64,000 bases of DNA, from positions 320,001 to 384,000 of the forward strand of contig CAWGKG010000012.1 of assembly GCA_963823035.1 (NCBI GenBank), read 5' to 3'. Position numbers and translations under genes: made by a program. Numbering within the stretch: the stretch's first letter is position 1; the number at the start of each line of letters is the position of its first letter. This DNA comes from an uncultured Gemmatimonadales bacterium. Lineage in GTDB: Bacteria > Gemmatimonadota > Gemmatimonadetes > Longimicrobiales > Gaopeijiaceae. The notes under the pieces are model-generated. The model saw nothing but the letters and a program-made list of their open reading frames with translations. It was not told the origin of the DNA and did no database searches. This document shows positions 8,440 through 19,994 of the stretch, piece after piece.

Positions 8440-9466
8440 CGGACCGCGCGTCATCCGGCGCACCACGGCCCGCATCGCCTCGACGCGGTCGCGCCGCCCC
8501 TCGAGGACGGCCGGCCACTCGGCGTCGAGCGCCTCCCAGATCCCCCGCCATCCCGCGAAGCCCGGAGATCCCCTCCCGCACCATGTAGGGGACGTAGTCC
8601 GCCTCCCCGCGCTCGCCGCGACGCGGCGCATGTACCACCCCGACGTGTAGAAGATCAGCCCGTGCCAGAGGTTCCGGTTCGCCTCGGCGCCCGCCTCCGC
8701 GAAGAGATCGCGGATCGTCTGGCGCGAAGGCGCCCTGGATCCGGTCGTCGTGGCACGCCTCGTGGAAGACGATCTCCATCCCGGAGAGGCCCCGGTTTCC
8801 CGGGTCCGTGGACCAGACCACCGTGTGCGTCGGCCGGACCGACGTGTACCCGCCCTGCCAGTTCGCGTACGCCGACACGTCCACGCGGATCCTGCCATCC
8901 GGCCAGCGCCCCCCGAAGCTCCGCTCCGCGTAGGGCCGGATAGCCGTCCTCGTAGGGTCCACCAGCGCGCCCACGTCGGCCACCCAGCGCGCGGTTCGCC
9001 CGGTCGTGCCCGGGCCACCACCGCGCGAGGTAGACCGGCATCGCGGCGCCGCAGCGCGGCGGCGACGCCGGGGATGTCGTCCGGCGGGTCCGCAGCGCGG
9101 ATCCCCGTGCAGCCCGAGGAGCGCCTCCTTCAGCTCGAGCATCCCGTCGTCGAAGTGGTCGCGCTCCGCGACCTCCGCCCGGTAGAAGTCGAGCGCGCAC
9201 GGACCAGGCGCGCTCGCTCGGCCTTCGTCCAGCGCGTCGAGCTGCGCCCGCTCCGGCACCGGCACCTCGGCCCGCCCCGTCCCCAGCCCACGGTCCGCCC
9301 GCGCCCACTGGTAGAGGAAGTGGTGCAGGTTGATCCAGGGGTCGCTGTGGAAGGAGAAGTGCGCGGTCTCGCAGCACGAGGCTCCGCCTCCTGCCCGCTG
9401 CCCGTCGAGGGGAGAAGCACACCGCCGCGAGCACCGCGGCCGCCGATCGCCGACCGCCCTCCGCAT
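8436..9466 (-). CDS. Hypothetical exported protein with an HExxH motif (multiple frameshifts)
   Basis: Segments FSFHSDPWINLHHFLYQWA, ANWQGGYT, EIVFHEACH and LWHGLIFYTSG lie across frames. Confidence 0.6.
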
Positions 9467-9519
9467 CCTCACCTCCCGTGGCCGAGCTCCGCGGCCGCCA
9501 TCCCGGCGCCTGCGGCCAG

Positions 9520-10367
9520 CTACGCGTAGCGTCCCGGCGCAGGTCGGCTCCGTCTTGTAGGAATCGGCGCCCGTCTCGGCCGGCCCGGTCCAGGAAGCGT
9601 CGGGGCGTCTCGCCGAGAAGCGCGCGACACTCGTGCACGAAGTGCGCATGGTCGGCGTAGCCCACCGCGAGCGCGCCGCGCACGTCGTTGCCCCCGGCGC
9701 CGCGCCGCATGGCGCGAGAGCGCCCGCAGGAGGCGATGGACGCGCTGCACGGCCTTCGGCCCGAGGCCGACGTGCTCGCGCACCGCGTCGCGCAGCGCCC
9801 GCGTGGAGACGCCCGAGCCGCCGGCCCACCGCGCGCACCGTGGAGCCGGGCGCCGCCAGCCAGCGTCGCCATGAGCCCGCGCACCCGCCAGTCCGGGATC
9901 CGCGCCGTCGCGACAGCCTCCGGTCGAGGAAGCCGAGCACGACGTCGGCCGCCGCCGGCGGGATCGGGCGCGTCCTCGAGCCGCCGCGTCAGCGCCGCGC
10001 CCTCGGCGCCGAAGAGGTCGTCGAGGCGCACGCCCCGGTCCGTGAGCTCGGGCGCGGGGAGGCGCGTGAAGCGCCGGTGAGCCCACCCACCGCGAGGCGG
10101 ACGCCGACCGTCCAGGCCCGCGCGCGCTGGTCCACGTCGACCCACCGGGAGCGGGCGCCCACCACCGGCCACGCAGCGTCCGGCCGTCGGCGAGCGATGG
10201 AGGATCACGTGCGGGGTGGGGTCGGCCACCACCCGCCAGCGGGCGGCGGCGGCCTCGTCCGGGGCGGGGAGGATCCAGGTGCCTCGACCACGGCCCCCGA
10301 GCGCGCGCGGGCACCGGGTGCCGACGCCGCGGCGGCCGCCGCGGCCTCCCTGGTCGAGTGAGATCAC
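9520..10367 (-). CDS. AraC-family transcriptional regulator (frameshifted)
   Basis: VREHVGLGPK and GYADHAHFVHECRALLGETP HTH segments. The GTG start overlaps the upstream stop. Confidence 0.75.
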
Positions 10368-11536
10368 CGCTCGACGGCCTCGCGCAGCCCCTCGAGGAGC
10401 GCCTCGACGTCGGAGGCGTCGTTGTAGACGTTCGGCGACAGGCGGAGCGCGGTGCCGCGCAGCGACGCCGACACCCGGCGGCGGGCCAGCGCCTCCTGCA
10501 GCGACGCGAGGTCGATGCCCGCCGGCATGCGCAGCCCGAAGAGGTGGCTCGCCCGCCAGGGCTCCTCCTCCACGGAGAAGCCGATCGACGGCCGCCTCCT
10601 CGAGCATCCCCGAGGTGAGCGTCCGGCAGTAGTCCTGGATCCGCTCCGGCCCCCAACCGGAGACGAGGCGCAGCGAGGCCGAGGCCATCGGCACGAGCGC
10701 GAAGTTCGAGCGCTCGGCCACGTCGTAGCGGAGCGCCCCGGGCTGATAGCCGTCGCGGTAGTCGACGAGCCGCTGGAAGTCCTCGCTGCGCTCGCGGCCG
10801 ATCCACGTCTCCTCGAGGGGGACGCCGTCGTCGAAGCGCGGGCCGAACCAGCCCATCCCCACGCGAGTACGGGCCGAGGAGCCACTTGTAGGCGGCCACG
10901 ATGAGCGCGTCCGGGCGGATCTCCTCCACGTCGAAGGGGAGCGCGCCGACCGACTGGGTGCCGTCGACCACGAGGGCCGCCCCGACCTCGCGGCAACGGC
11001 GGCCGATCTCCACCAGGTCGAAGCGGGTGCCGTCCGTCCAGTGCACGTGCGGGCACCGCGACCACCGCGGTGCTCGCGTCGATGTGCCCCAGCAGCACCT
11101 CGTTCCAGCGCTGGCCGCGCCCGGCCCCGTCCGGGCGGGACCGCGAAGCGGACCTCGCGCGCCGCACTCCCGGGCGCGGCGCGTCCACGCGTGCACGTTC
11201 CCCGGGAACTGCTCGTGCGTGAGCACCACGTTCTGCCCCGGCTCGATCGGCGACGTTGCGGGCGGCCACCGCCACGCCGTAGGAGACGCCGGGGAGGATG
11301 GCCACGCGCGCGGGATCGCCGCCGTTCACCAGCGTCGAGAAGAGGCCGCGCAGCTCGTCGCTCGGCGCGAAGAAGTCGTCCACGTGGATCGACGTCGGGT
11401 CGAGCTTGCGGCGGATGCCCGCGACGCCGGCCTCCTCCGCGGCCCGCGGGATCGGGCCCATGTACGCGCAGTTGAGGTAGTGCAGGCCGTCGGGCAGCCC
11501 GAACGCGTCACGCTGGCAGGACAGGGGTTCGGTCAC
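10364..11536 (-). CDS. Class V aminotransferase-fold PLP enzyme (frameshifted)
   Basis: YLNCAYMGP, VVDGTQSVGA, AAYKWLLGPY (PLP lysine) and LRLSPNVYN. Confidence 0.88.
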   Translation of the reverse strand: MTEPLSCQRDAFGLPDGLHYLNCAYMGPIPRAAEEAGVAGIRRKLDPTSIHVDDFFAPSDELRGLFSTLVNGGDPARVAILPGVSYGVAVAARNVADRAGAERGAHARAVPGERARVDAPRPGVRRARSASRSRPDGAGRGQRWNEVLLGHIDASTAVVAVPARALDGRHPLRPGGDRPPLPRGRGGPRGRRHPVGRRAPLRRGGDPPGRAHRGRLQVAPRPVLAWGWAGSARASTTASPSRRRGSAASAARTSSGSSTTATAISPGRSATTWPSARTSRSCRWPRPRCASSPVGGRSGSRTTAGRSPRGCSRRRPSIGFSVEEEPWRASHLFGLRMPAGIDLASLQEALARRRVSASLRGTALRLSPNVYNDASDVEALLEGLREAVER

Positions 11537-11606
11537 GCGTATGCTCCGGTGGGGGGCCGAGGTCCGATCCGAGGGTGGAACGCGTCGCGGGCTCGATCCG
11601 TTGCCC

Positions 11607-11708
11607 TCAGTCGTCGTCCCACTGACGCGCGTGCCGGGCAACGTAGGCGATGAGGCCGAGAAAGCCGATGCCGATGACCAGAAGGCCGATGATCTCGAAG
11701 AGGCTCAC
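11607..11708 (-). CDS. 33-aa single-TM small protein
   Basis: MSLFEIIGLLVIGIGFLGLIAYVARHARQWDDD*. The GTG start overlaps the TGA of the upstream gene. Confidence 0.55.
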   Translation of the reverse strand: MSLFEIIGLLVIGIGFLGLIAYVARHARQWDDD

Positions 11709-14486
11709 AACCCCAGCCAGTAGTTGAGCTTGATGATGAAGCGGTTGTCGGAGGGGGCGCCGAAGAGCGCGCCTACGTCGCGGCCGAAGTCGAAGTCGCC
11801 GCGGATCACCTCGTTCGACTGACGGCGCTGCCACACCAGGAAGAGGGTGGAGCCGGGGCGGTACTCCCAGCGCAGCACGAGGTTGCCGATCGAGCGAGCG
11901 CACGTTGAAGTCGCGCTCGTCGAAGGAGAAGTCGGCGGCTCCGTCTCCGTCGAAGTCGACGTACTGCTCGTCGCCCAGCCGGCAGACGTCGCCGCCCGCG
12001 CAGCGCACGCCGTCGCCGGTGGCGCTGGCGCTCCCCGGCTCGAAGTCACGCAGGTCGAAGGTGCCCGGACGCAGAAGCTGCTTGTAGGTCACGAAGTCGC
12101 CGGACGACAGCAGCGGCTGCGCGAAGAGCTGCAGCGACAGGTGCGGCGTGAACGTCCACTCGAGCCGCGTCTCCATCGAGAAGCTGCGCTGCTCGAGGTC
12201 GGCGAAGAGGTAGCGCGGCCCGAACGTCGGCTCGAACCCGATCGGGTCGGTCTGCGTGACGTACTGGTCGGACGAGCGCTCCTTCTGGAACTCCGGCTCC
12301 ACGGACAGCTCGAGGCGGGGAGAGGGGCGGACGTTGAGCTCCAGGCCCGAGCTCGACGGAATGGCCGCCCCCGAAGTTGTCCCGCTGGAGCTGGACGTTC
12401 CCGCCCCAGCTCACCGTGTTCCTGCGGTCGCCGTTCAGGCGCAGCTGGACCTGGGTGTTGCCGGGCGTCTTCATGACGGGCCCGCCGCGCGTCTGCGTGC
12501 GGCTCATCCCGTCCGGGCTGTACCGGAGCTGGACGTTCCCCGACCAGTAGTTGAGCAGCTCCCCGCGGGCCTGCAGGCCGACGTTGCCCCGCAGGTAGGC
12601 GTTCCGCCACGAGCGCAGCGACCCGGGATCGTCGAGCGCCTCGTGGCTGATGTTGTGGAAGGTGGAGAAGCTGACGTTGTAGCTGCGGAAGACGGACCCC
12701 GGCTGGATCTCCCGATATCCGAAGCGAAAGCCGCCGTCGAGGCGCTCCGACGAGCCGGAGAAGCCGAGGTCGTTGATCTCGAAGCCCTTCGTCACCTCGG
12801 CCAGCCACACCGAGCCCGTCCAGTGCAGCCCGCTGCGCCGCTCGAACTGCAGCCGCCACTCGGCGCCCGTGATCGACGTCGCGGTCGGGTCCAGGGAGAA
12901 GCGCGTCGCGTCGGGGCGCTGGAAGTAGTGGTTCGACGACTCCTGGATGCTCGGTGATCGCCTCCGGGCTGCCCCGCACCAGGCTCCCGGCCAGGAAGCC
13001 CCAGAGCGCCCACTCCCGGTCGCTCCACTGGTGCTCGAAGTTCACGCCGGCGTTGTACGCGGAGGACGGGAGGTAGTCGAAGGAGCCGTCCGCCGGCAGC
13101 TCGCGGGAGAGCGCCGTCACGATGCCGCCCACGTGCGACTGGCCGTCACGGAAGTCCTGCTGGAGGGAGACGACGCCGTACTCCGTGCGCGGCTCGACGA
13201 GGAACTTCCCGATCTCGCCCGAGTCCTCGAAGAGCCCGCGTCCGTGCTCCTCGCCGGTGACCGCAGCCAGCGCGCCAACGGAGAGCCCCGAGGACGTCCG
13301 TCCGGCCAGCTTCGCGGCGCCGAGGATCGTGGCGTTGTCCGGGACGTCGTCGAAGAGCGTGCCGTCGGGGGCGCCGCCGTGCGGCCGGCGCCCGATCCTG
13401 CGGCTGTAGAAGAGCTTGTTCCTCCCGCCCGAGAGGCTGAAGTCGAACACGCGGGCGTTCTGCACGAAGAACGGACGCCGCTCCTCGAAGAACGTCTCGA
13501 ACGCCGACAGGTTGATGACGGCCGGGTCCGCCTCGACCTGGCCGAAGTCCGGGTTGATGGTGGCGTCGAGCGTGAACGCCGCACCGAGCCCGTAGCTCAG
13601 GTCGACGCCGACGCGGGTGTTCGTGGACGTGCCGTCGAAGAACGGGTCGCCCGCCTCGGCCGGGCCGTCGTGCAGGCTGCTCACCGCGTAGGGGAGCACC
13701 TCGAGGCGTCGCGAGCCGTGCGTGGCCTCGATGCCCTCGAGCGTCCCGAACTGGCTCACCGACGCCCTGCCGCAGCCGTGAGATCGAGGGAGTAGAACGT
13801 CTCCTCCTTGCTCGCCACGCGGGAGCGATGGACGTTGAACCCCCACACCTGCTCGCCGTCCTGCGCCTCGTAGCGGATCTGGGAGAGGGGGATGCGCATC
13901 TCCGCGGTCCAGCCGCCGTCGTCCACCGTCACCGCCGACGACCAGACCGCGTCCCAGGCGCGGTCGTCGTGCTCGTCGTCGTAGAGGTACTTGTCGCCCT
14001 GGACGTTGGCCGCGCTCACGGTGAAGACGTAGCCCGTGCGCCGGTCGAGGTTCGGGTCGAAGGCGATCTCCACGTAGTCGGCCTGGCCCCGATCGTCCCT
14101 GCGGTAGAGCTGCCGCGCGATGCTGTCCGGGTGCGTGTCGAGCATGCGCAGGCCGACGTAGAGGGCGTCTTCGTCGAAGAGGACGCGCACCTCGGTGTCC
14201 TGTTCGGCCGGGCGCCCCTCGACCGGCTCCCGCTGCACGAAGCCGGTGGCCATGGGCGCGGCGGCCCACGCCGTGTCGTCCAGGCGACCGTCCACGACGA
14301 TGTCGCCCCTGCGCGGTCGCGGCTTCGACGGCCGGCCGGGCGCGTGACGCGCGGAGCGTCGCGCCCCGACCCTCGTCGTTCTGGCGCGCGTGGACCACGG
14401 TGGGCGATGCGGAGAACAGCCAGCGCCGCGAAAGCCGCGGCGCGTCGTAGAGCCGCGGTGGCGTCCTCCATCCTGCCGGACGTCAT
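11705..14486 (-). CDS. DUF5916-domain protein (CBM9-like N-terminus plus predicted outer-membrane barrel; frameshifted)
   Basis: VDGRLDD..W, WTAEMRIPLSQIRY, TINPDFGQVEADPAVINLSAFETFFEERRPFF, NLVLRWEYRPGSTLFLVW and C-terminal KLNYWL. Confidence 0.88.
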
Positions 14487-15437
14487 TCCCGGTGTTCCCC
14501 CAGATAGGCCTGCGTGGCGGCGTGCAGCGGGATGGGCGCATCCGCGAGCCGCGCGAGATCGATCTGCTTCGCCATGTCGTGGACCTGCTCCAGGGAGACA
14601 CGGTCCGGCCCGAGAATGTTCAGAAGCGTACGCACCACGTCGTCATCGAGCTGCTTACGCGCAACGAGCCAGTTCATCATCGCCACCGTGGGGATGGCCT
14701 CGTCCACGCCCGGGTAGGCGCCCGCGGGGATCACGCCCTCCGAGTAGTACGGGTAGAGGCGCTTGAGCTCGGCGAGCTTCTCCGGCTCGACCGGCAGGAG
14801 GCGCACGTCACTGGTGGTCGTCGCCTCCAGGACGGCGGCCGCGGGGATGCCGACGGACATGATCGCCACGTCGATCGCGCCGTCGCGGAGCGCCGCGGAG
14901 GACTCGTTGAAGGAGAGGTAGCGCGGCTGGATGTCGTCGTACGTGAGGCCGTACACCTCGAGGAGCTGTCTCGAGATCTGCTCGGTGCCGCTCCCCGCCG
15001 ATCCCACCGAGACCCTCTTGCCGCGCACGTCGGCGAGGCTCCGCGCCTTCGACGAACCGGCCACGAGGATGTGTGACACGTTCGGATAGAGGGGCGCCAC
15101 GATGACCAGATCCGGGGCGGGCGTGGGGAAGTCGGGCCCGCCGTGGTAGGCCTCGAAGGCGGACACCCCGAGCGTGAAGCCCAGGTCGATCTGGCCGGCC
15201 AGGATCGCGGTTGACGTTCTCCACCGACCCACCGGTGACCTCGGCCGTGTACTGCCTCGTGGAATCGGCGAGCGACAGGCGGTTGGCCAGCGCCCCGCCG
15301 AGCGGATAGTAGACGCCGCCGGTTCCGCCCGTTCCGATGGAGAGGAAGCGGCGCGGGCCCGCCTCGCCCCCCCCGCACGCGAGCGCCGCCGCCAGGACCG
15401 TGCCGGCGGCCAGGGTCCGTACGAACACCTTTCTCAC
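14483..15437 (-). CDS. TAXI-family TRAP transporter solute-binding lipoprotein (frameshift near 15210)
   Basis: LSIGTGGTGGVYYPLGG, TGGSVEN, GKRVSVGSAGSGTE and IPLH. Confidence 0.9.
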
Positions 15438-15470
15438 CGAGCTGCCTCCGTGCGGCGTGCCCGCCGCCCC

Positions 15471-17350
15471 TCAACGCGTACGAGCGGGCCCGGTGCGGAG
15501 GAAGACCACCGCAAGGGCCAGGAATCCCGCCCCGTCCGTCGGAAGGCCCGGGAACACCAGGCAGAGCGCGCCGGCGCCCAGGACCAGGCGCTCCCATGTG
15601 ACGAGCTCCCTTCGTCCGTAACCCATGGCGGCCGAGGCCAGCGCGGTCACGCCGGCCGTGGCCGTGATCGTGACCCAGGCGATCTCGGGAACGGACCCGT
15701 CCAAAAGGATCGGCGGACCGTATATGAACATGAAGGGCACCAGGAATCCAGCCACCGCGAGGACGGCGGCGGACACGGCGGTGCGCAGGGCCGGAGCGCC
15801 CGCGATGCCGGCCGCCGCGAAGGCGGCGAGGGAGACCGGCGGGGTCACGTTGGAGATGCAACCGAAGTAGAAGATGAAGAGGTGGGCGGCCAGGAGGGGC
15901 ACGCCGAGCTGCACGAGCGCGGGCGCGCCCAGCGCGGCCAGGACGACGTAGGCGGCCGTGGTGGGGAGCCCCATCCCGAGGACGATCGAGCCGGCGGCCG
16001 TGAGCACGAGCGCGACCAGCAGGCTGCCGTGCGACAGCGTGACGATCAGCTCCGACATGCGGAGCCCGATCCCCGTCAGGGATGCCACACCCACCACGAT
16101 CCCGGCGGCCGCGCAGGCCGCCGCCACCTGCACGGCGCCCCGCCCCGCACCCTCGACCAGCGTGCGGAGCTGCGAGCGGGAGGGCCGCGTGGACGGCGCC
16201 AGGTACGCGAGCCCCAGGGCGGACACCACCCCCCAGAAGGCGGCGCGCATCGGCGAGCGGCCGGCCGCGAGGAAGGCGACGATGAGGACCACGGGGAGGA
16301 GAAGGTGGAGTCGGTTCACCACCCGCTCGCTGAGCGTGCACCCGCGAGGGCTCGATGCCCATCCGCCCGGCCCGGAAGTGGATGGCGGCCAGCAGCGCGA
16401 CGTAGTACAGCAGCGCGGGGATGATCGCCGCGGTCGCGACCTCCACGTACGGGATGTTCGTCCAGGTGGCCAGGATGAAGGCGCCGGCCCCCATGATCGG
16501 GGGCATGAGCTGGCCGCCCGTGCTGGCGGCCGCCTCGATCGCCGCCGGCGAAGAACGGCTGGAAGCCCGCTCGCTTCATGAGCGGGATCGTGAACGTCCC
16601 CGTGGTGACCACGTTGGCCACCGCGCTCCCCGAGAGTGAGCCCATGAAGGCGCTCGCCACCGCGGCGGTCTTCGCCGGCCCGCCACGCGTCCGCCCGGCC
16701 ACGCGGTCGGCGAGGGCGATCAGGAGGGCGCCCCCTCCGGCGGTCTCCAGCACCGCGCCGAAGAGCACGAAGAGGTAGACGAAGTCCGCGGACACGCCGA
16801 GCGGAACGCCCCAGATCCCCTCGGTCGAAAGGTAGAGGTGCTCGACCAGGCGCTCCGGGCCGTAGCCCCGATGCGCGAGGAAGCCCGGCAGGTGCGGGTC
16901 CGGCCATCGCGTACGCCAGCGCCAGGACGCATACCGCGACCAGCCCCCAACCCGTGGCGCGCCGGGCCAGCTCCAGCACGAGAAGCACCGCCATCGTGCC
17001 GAGGACGAGGTCCACCGTGGTCGGCGAGCCCGAGCGGCGCACCAGCTCCTGGTGCTGCCAGGCCAGGTAGGCACAGACCACGACCGTCGCCGCGGCGAGC
17101 ACCCACGAGAGTGCCGAGGTCCACCGGCTCCTCGGCGGCTCGGCGGGGTCCGCCTCCGCGCCGAGCCCGCCGGCCCCCATGGCGACGAACCCCAGGACGC
17201 CCATGAACGCCAGGTGCACGGGCCGCTGCACCAGGGCGGTGAAGGGTGAGATCCCCGCCGCATAGAGATGGAAGAGCGCGGCTCCCCCCGCCGCGAGGGT
17301 CACCGCGAGCCGCGCGGCGCGGCTCAGGGCCTCACCCCGCCGTGCGTCAT
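15471..17350 (-). CDS. TRAP transporter fused permease (4TM/12TM; frameshifted)
   Basis: GGPAKTA, GSAVANVVTTGTFTIPLMK, MPPIMGAGAF, GMGLPTTAAY and NVTPPV. The start is inferred from an ATGA overlap. Confidence 0.9.
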
Positions 17351-18105
17351 CCGGTACCGGGGATGAGCGCGAAGAGGGCCGTGGTCACCAGGAAGATCCC
17401 GAGCACCACGGCCGCCGCGCTCCCGAAGCTCCGCCTCTTCGGATCGATCGCGTGCGCCCCCTGTGCCACGACGAGCCACGCCCATACCGCCGAGAGGTCC
17501 ATCATCGTCACCCACCGGTGCAGGTAGCCGTCCGGCAGGAAGTAGAGGAAGGTGCCGATGTTGAGGGTCACCCGCGGATCGGACTGAGCGATGCGCAGAG
17601 GCACGAGCAACAGGCTGAAGATCGTGGTGATCAGGAAGGCGTGCGTGAGCACGGCGAGGTACTGCTTGAAGCGCCCTTCGTCGCCCAGCACGAAAGAGAA
17701 CGCGAGCGTGATGAGGCCGGCGGAGAGAAACGTCATGATGAGGAAGCCGACCGTGACCGAGGCCAGGCCGAAGATGCGCACCAGCGAGGTGCCCCCCGAG
17801 AACGCCGAGGCATCCTGGCCGCGCGCGACCATCTGCTCTCGGATCATCGCCTGCCAGACGTCGGCGGGAATGAGGGCCGTGGCCGCGATCGAGAGCACGA
17901 GGCCGAGCAGCAGCGCGGCGCCCCATAGCGGCTTCGCGGCAAGCCCCTCCACCAGCCGGCCCGGCGAGAAGAAGACCTCGACGACGCGCTTCGGGAAGGG
18001 GGAGAGCGGCGTGACGCCCGGTTCGTCGAGATGGGCGGCGGCGGTCGGTGGCGTCTCGACGTTGTCGGGGGTGTTCATCCCGAGAATCTCCTGCTGGGAG
18101 GTCAC
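17347..18105 (-). CDS. YIP1-family membrane protein
   Basis: VFFSP..L...KP.W motif followed by five hydrophobic segments. Confidence 0.75.
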   Translation of the reverse strand: MTSQQEILGMNTPDNVETPPTAAAHLDEPGVTPLSPFPKRVVEVFFSPGRLVEGLAAKPLWGAALLLGLVLSIAATALIPADVWQAMIREQMVARGQDASAFSGGTSLVRIFGLASVTVGFLIMTFLSAGLITLAFSFVLGDEGRFKQYLAVLTHAFLITTIFSLLLVPLRIAQSDPRVTLNIGTFLYFLPDGYLHRWVTMMDLSAVWAWLVVAQGAHAIDPKRRSFGSAAAVVLGIFLVTTALFALIPGTG

Positions 18106-18935
18106 ATGCCTTCGACGAGCTTCACCCTGCTCTGCTGCCGCACCCTCACCCCGAGCGGGAAGGGTGCCGCAGACACCTCCATCGTGCCGCGCGCGTCCGT
18201 CTCGACGTAGCTCTCGGCCATGATACCACGACCCATGTCCCAGAGCACCCAGCCGGACGACGTGCCCGAGGCGGACTGCGAGAAGTCCATCCCGGCGATC
18301 ACTCCGCTCGCGGTCTGGTCGCTCGTGCCCTCGAGGTCGATGCGCACCATGCTGGTGCCGCCGACCGTGGTGTCCCCGGCGATCGTGTACGTCAGGATCG
18401 AGGTCATCGAGACGTTGCCCTCACCCTGCGGTCCCTCGGCGTGGATCGTATCGGTCCAGCTCGCGCCGGGCGACACCCCCCGACCCGGGAGGCGAGGGAA
18501 GAACGTGTGGGCGAGGAGGAGCGGCTGGAAGAACTGCTGCGCGCTCTGGTTGACCTTCGGCTCGGAGACGATCGTGGCCGCTCCCTTCCGGTCCAGGGTG
18601 AAGACCAGGGGACCGTCGATGCCCTTCTCATCGGCGGACGCCGGAGGACCGGCCGGATTGCTCATGCGCGCGTCCATGTCCTCGACGGTCATCGTCACCT
18701 GGATGCCGTCCGCCGCACGAGCGAACGACGCCGCGAGTGTGGCCGACGACATGACCCGCGCCTGCATGCTCTGCCCGTTCGCGTCGATGTCCATGTTGGC
18801 CGTGTCGCCCGACACGTAGGTGGCCGTCGGCGGGTTCGGAAGGCCGTAGGCGAGGCCGGGGGGCGAGGCGGGTCCACCGCCGCAGGCGCCGAGGGCCAGG
18901 GAGACAGCTGTCGCGAGGGTGAGGCGGGATCGCAT
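18102..18935 (-). CDS. Hypothetical beta-rich lipoprotein
   Basis: MRSRLTLATAVSLALGAC lipobox; intact ORF with typical codon bias. Confidence 0.75.
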   Translation of the reverse strand: MRSRLTLATAVSLALGACGGGPASPPGLAYGLPNPPTATYVSGDTANMDIDANGQSMQARVMSSATLAASFARAADGIQVTMTVEDMDARMSNPAGPPASADEKGIDGPLVFTLDRKGAATIVSEPKVNQSAQQFFQPLLLAHTFFPRLPGRGVSPGASWTDTIHAEGPQGEGNVSMTSILTYTIAGDTTVGGTSMVRIDLEGTSDQTASGVIAGMDFSQSASGTSSGWVLWDMGRGIMAESYVETDARGTMEVSAAPFPLGVRVRQQSRVKLVEGM

Positions 18936-19068
18936 GGACGTCTCCTGGCTGGGCTCCGGAAACCGGCGCGGCGGGAGGATGGGTTCGCGCGGCAGGCAAC
19001 CAACTGGCAACCTGAGGGCAGTCTAGTGTACGAAGGGCCTCGAGGGAATCTTCGTTCCGGGCGGACAC

Positions 19069-19097
19069 TTGGCCGGCTCGAGGTTCGTTGGTATCCT
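19069..19097 (+). promoter_or_regulatory. Putative sigma70 promoter
   Basis: TTGGCC-17 bp-TATCCT with an extended -10 TG, upstream of the CDS at 19164. Confidence 0.5.
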
Positions 19098-19163
19098 CAG
19101 ATGCTTCGCCCGGGAGAGGCCCGGAGGGAGGGAGAGCAGAGCCTTGGCGCGTTGGAGCGCAGA

Positions 19164-19724
19164 ATGAGTTATCGCACCAATCCGGACCGCATTCTGGACA
19201 ACATCGACCGAGCCCGGAACCGGGATGCGGAAAGCGCAGGCTTCCACCTCGAGCGGCAGGCGATGGGGCGTGAGTTGGACACGGAGGTGCCCGTCGCCGA
19301 CGCGACCAATCCGGAGCGTGTAAGGCGCATCTTCGGCACGGTGGAGAGAGCCTACACCAAGGCCGCGCAGCGCGCCGAGCTCGGACGACTGGCCGCGCGC
19401 TTCCAGTCCGTGGGCGACATCCACCATCACCACGCCCGGGGCGACGTGAGCATCTCGATCCAGTACCTGGATCACGAGCGCCCCGACGACGTGGGGATGA
19501 CGCCCTTCGAGATCCGTCCGTACGAGGTCTCCGAGGCGAAGAAGGAGACCAAGACCAGCCGCGCGGACGTGAACGCGCTCAAGGTCCTGCGCAAGGAGCT
19601 GCGCCAGGGCGTTCTCTCCGCCTATCAGAAGCTGGAGCCGCGCGTCCGCGACGCCCTGCGCGAGCGCGCCGATCTCGGCCACGTCCAGGTCCAGGTCACG
19701 GTCGATCTGCGTCCGGCGGAGTAG
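19164..19724 (+). CDS. Hypothetical cytoplasmic protein
   Basis: MSYRTNPDRILDNIDRAR...VTVDLRPAE. GGAG RBS, strong codon bias and an HHHH run. Confidence 0.8.
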   Translation: MSYRTNPDRILDNIDRARNRDAESAGFHLERQAMGRELDTEVPVADATNPERVRRIFGTVERAYTKAAQRAELGRLAARFQSVGDIHHHHARGDVSISIQYLDHERPDDVGMTPFEIRPYEVSEAKKETKTSRADVNALKVLRKELRQGVLSAYQKLEPRVRDALRERADLGHVQVQVTVDLRPAE

Positions 19725-19762
19725 CGCCTTGCCCGCCAGGCGCCCACCCCGATAGGCCGCCT

Positions 19763-19963
19763 GTGGGGCGCGCGTCTCGGGCCAGGGGCCGGCGGGGAAT
19801 CCTCGCCGCGGCGGCGTTGCTCGTCGCCGTCCTGGCGGTGCTGGACCTGATGCGATCGGATTCCCTCCTGCGAGCCGCCTGGCGCGGCGCGGTGACGGAC
19901 GAGGGCGCGCCCATCGAGCGCATGCTTCGCGGCAGCGGCATCATCCACCGTCACCGTCGCTAG
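19763..19963 (+). CDS. Small single-TM hypothetical protein
   Basis: ILAAAALLVAVLAVL hydrophobic stretch and GC-rich third positions. Start uncertain. Confidence 0.45.
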   Translation: MGRASRARGRRGILAAAALLVAVLAVLDLMRSDSLLRAAWRGAVTDEGAPIERMLRGSGIIHRHRR

Positions 19964-19994
19964 CGCCGGGGCGCTGACGGGCTTCCGGGGAAGC

